Shown in pieces: positions 63,196-64,000 of a stretch of 64,000 bases of DNA. The stretch lies in the NCBI GenBank assembly GCA_963708685.1, contig CAVPTP010000012.1, positions 650 through 64,649 on the forward strand. The letters are read 5' to 3'. Each line of letters opens with the position of its first letter. Position 1 is the first letter of the stretch. The translations under genes were made by a program, and so were the position numbers. The stretch is from an uncultured Actinomycetes bacterium (GTDB taxonomy: Bacteria; Actinomycetota; Thermoleophilia; Gaiellales; Gaiellaceae). The notes beneath the pieces were generated by a model, which worked only from the letters and a program-made list of their open reading frames with translations, did no database searches and was not told the origin of the DNA.

Positions 63196-64000
63196 GACAC
63201 CGAGGCACGGCCGATGACGTCTGTAGCCGGTGCCGGAGAGGGGCGCTTGCCGAGGATGACGTCGAAGCACCGAGAGGGCTGTAGCGAGCCGGAGGTCCTC
63301 ACGCTCCAGATGAACGGCGTCAGCGGTTCGAGAGACTCGATTGCGCACGAGGTCGCGCATCGCTTCGCGAGCCAGTGGCTGACAGATGCGCCTGCGCGAA
63401 CGCGAATCGAGCGAGCGACGGTCGCAGGGGCGAGCCACGCCTCGGCGCGATCGTTCCTTTGACGCACCTGGCGGCCCGCAGTGGCTCCACGAGACGCCGG
63501 GAGGTAGCAGCCCCGACGAGCTCGGTCTATAGGCACTGGGCGCAATGAGGATGCAATTGCCCGGCATCGTGGGCGCGCGCCGCGTGAACCGTGCCTCCAC
63601 GAGCCCGAGCTCCGCCTCGCGAATCGAAGCGACGCCGCAGTCCCCACACGACGAGAACGCCAGCTGCTGCGAAGCGACAACGGCCGGTGCTCGGAGGTCG
63701 CGCGACATCGTCTGAGCGGTCGCCGGTCCGGAGATGATCTCCATCGCACTCAGCACTGCCAGGATCATCGCCGCAACCAGACCCGCGCCGACCGGAACCG
63801 CGGCAAGGACGCCCCGGAGCCTCGGCAACGGCTGCGGACGAGCGATGAGCGCACCGGCGAGCACGAGAGGCAGGAGGTTCGTCGGCGGGTCGTACATGAG
63901 AACCTCGCTGCCCGTGGTGTTCCACCCGATCACCACGGCCACCATCGCGGCCGCTCCAACGGATGCCGTGGAAAGGCGCTTCCCGCTATCGCGAGCCGCC
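63180..64000 (-). pseudogene. hypothetical membrane protein with Cys-containing C-terminal domain (5' end outside window); at least one frame break
   Basis: TM-like segments LLPLVLAGALIA and AVPVGAGLVAAMILAVLSAM in one frame. A higher-GC3 frame ends FDVILGKRPSPAPATDVIGRASVSCVVR* at 63180, overlapping the GT4 start by 16 nt. Confidence 0.4.

Noticed and set aside
1-64000. CRISPR arrays, IS elements/transposases, integrases, prophage genes and known defence systems.
   Set aside because: I saw no regularly spaced direct repeats and no transposase, integrase or phage-like translations in any frame. The only repeat structures are the short ones reported. The NYN-domain gene alone is not evidence of a defence system.

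Overview
This is a 64-kb, roughly 70% GC, gene-dense chromosomal segment. I call about 70 protein-coding genes. By eye I found no rRNA, tRNA, CRISPR array, transposase or integrase.

Gene content suggests a high-GC Actinomycetota-like organism; this is inference only. The supporting features are F420-type enzymes, Bacillus-type CtaG, 4-nt GTGA/ATGA start-stop overlaps and a leaderless-looking start context.

Layout:
- De novo purine genes lie in four blocks: purA; purD-purE-(M20 peptidase)-purB-purC-purS-purQ at 1-6.8 kb; purL-purF at 14.1-17.4 kb; purM-purN-purH at 19.7-22.8 kb. Unrelated housekeeping and accessory genes sit between them.
- A reverse-transsulfuration set (CBS ... cystathionine gamma-lyase, with BolA and a monothiol glutaredoxin) occupies 25.5-30 kb.
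- 33-44.6 kb holds a cNMP-domain/TrxR-like flavoprotein, a GDE-like glucosidase + GT4 pair, an M48-CDF-SDR operon, and a divergent FtsH-like protease with a coupled partner gene.
- A cell-surface glycan cluster of about 19 kb runs from 44.7 kb to the window end. It contains a GH-A hydrolase, six glycosyltransferases, Wzm/Wzt, Wzx, an O-antigen-ligase-like protein, a priming phosphotransferase and four methyltransferases.

The dominant property of the sequence as given is reading-frame damage. I count on the order of 70-90 single-base frame breaks inside more than 30 clearly conserved genes, including essential pur genes. They concentrate at 19.7-27.3 kb and 44.7-63.5 kb, while several multi-kb blocks are clean. 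I label the affected genes as pseudogene in the literal sense: not translatable as given. Consensus indel error is the more likely cause than real decay.

I found no clear novel system. The most interesting non-genic signals are:
- a 165-nt leader at 38.5-38.7 kb, closed by a 21-nt long-range inverted repeat that covers the ribosome-binding site of the GDE-like gene;
- two related perfect 29-nt palindromes at 17.38 and 17.56 kb;
- a duplicated 40-nt start-region repeat at 30.74 and 31.11 kb;
- an in-frame purL-to-purF read-through with no stop codon;
- a translationally coupled trio of small ORFs at 6.75-7.37 kb.
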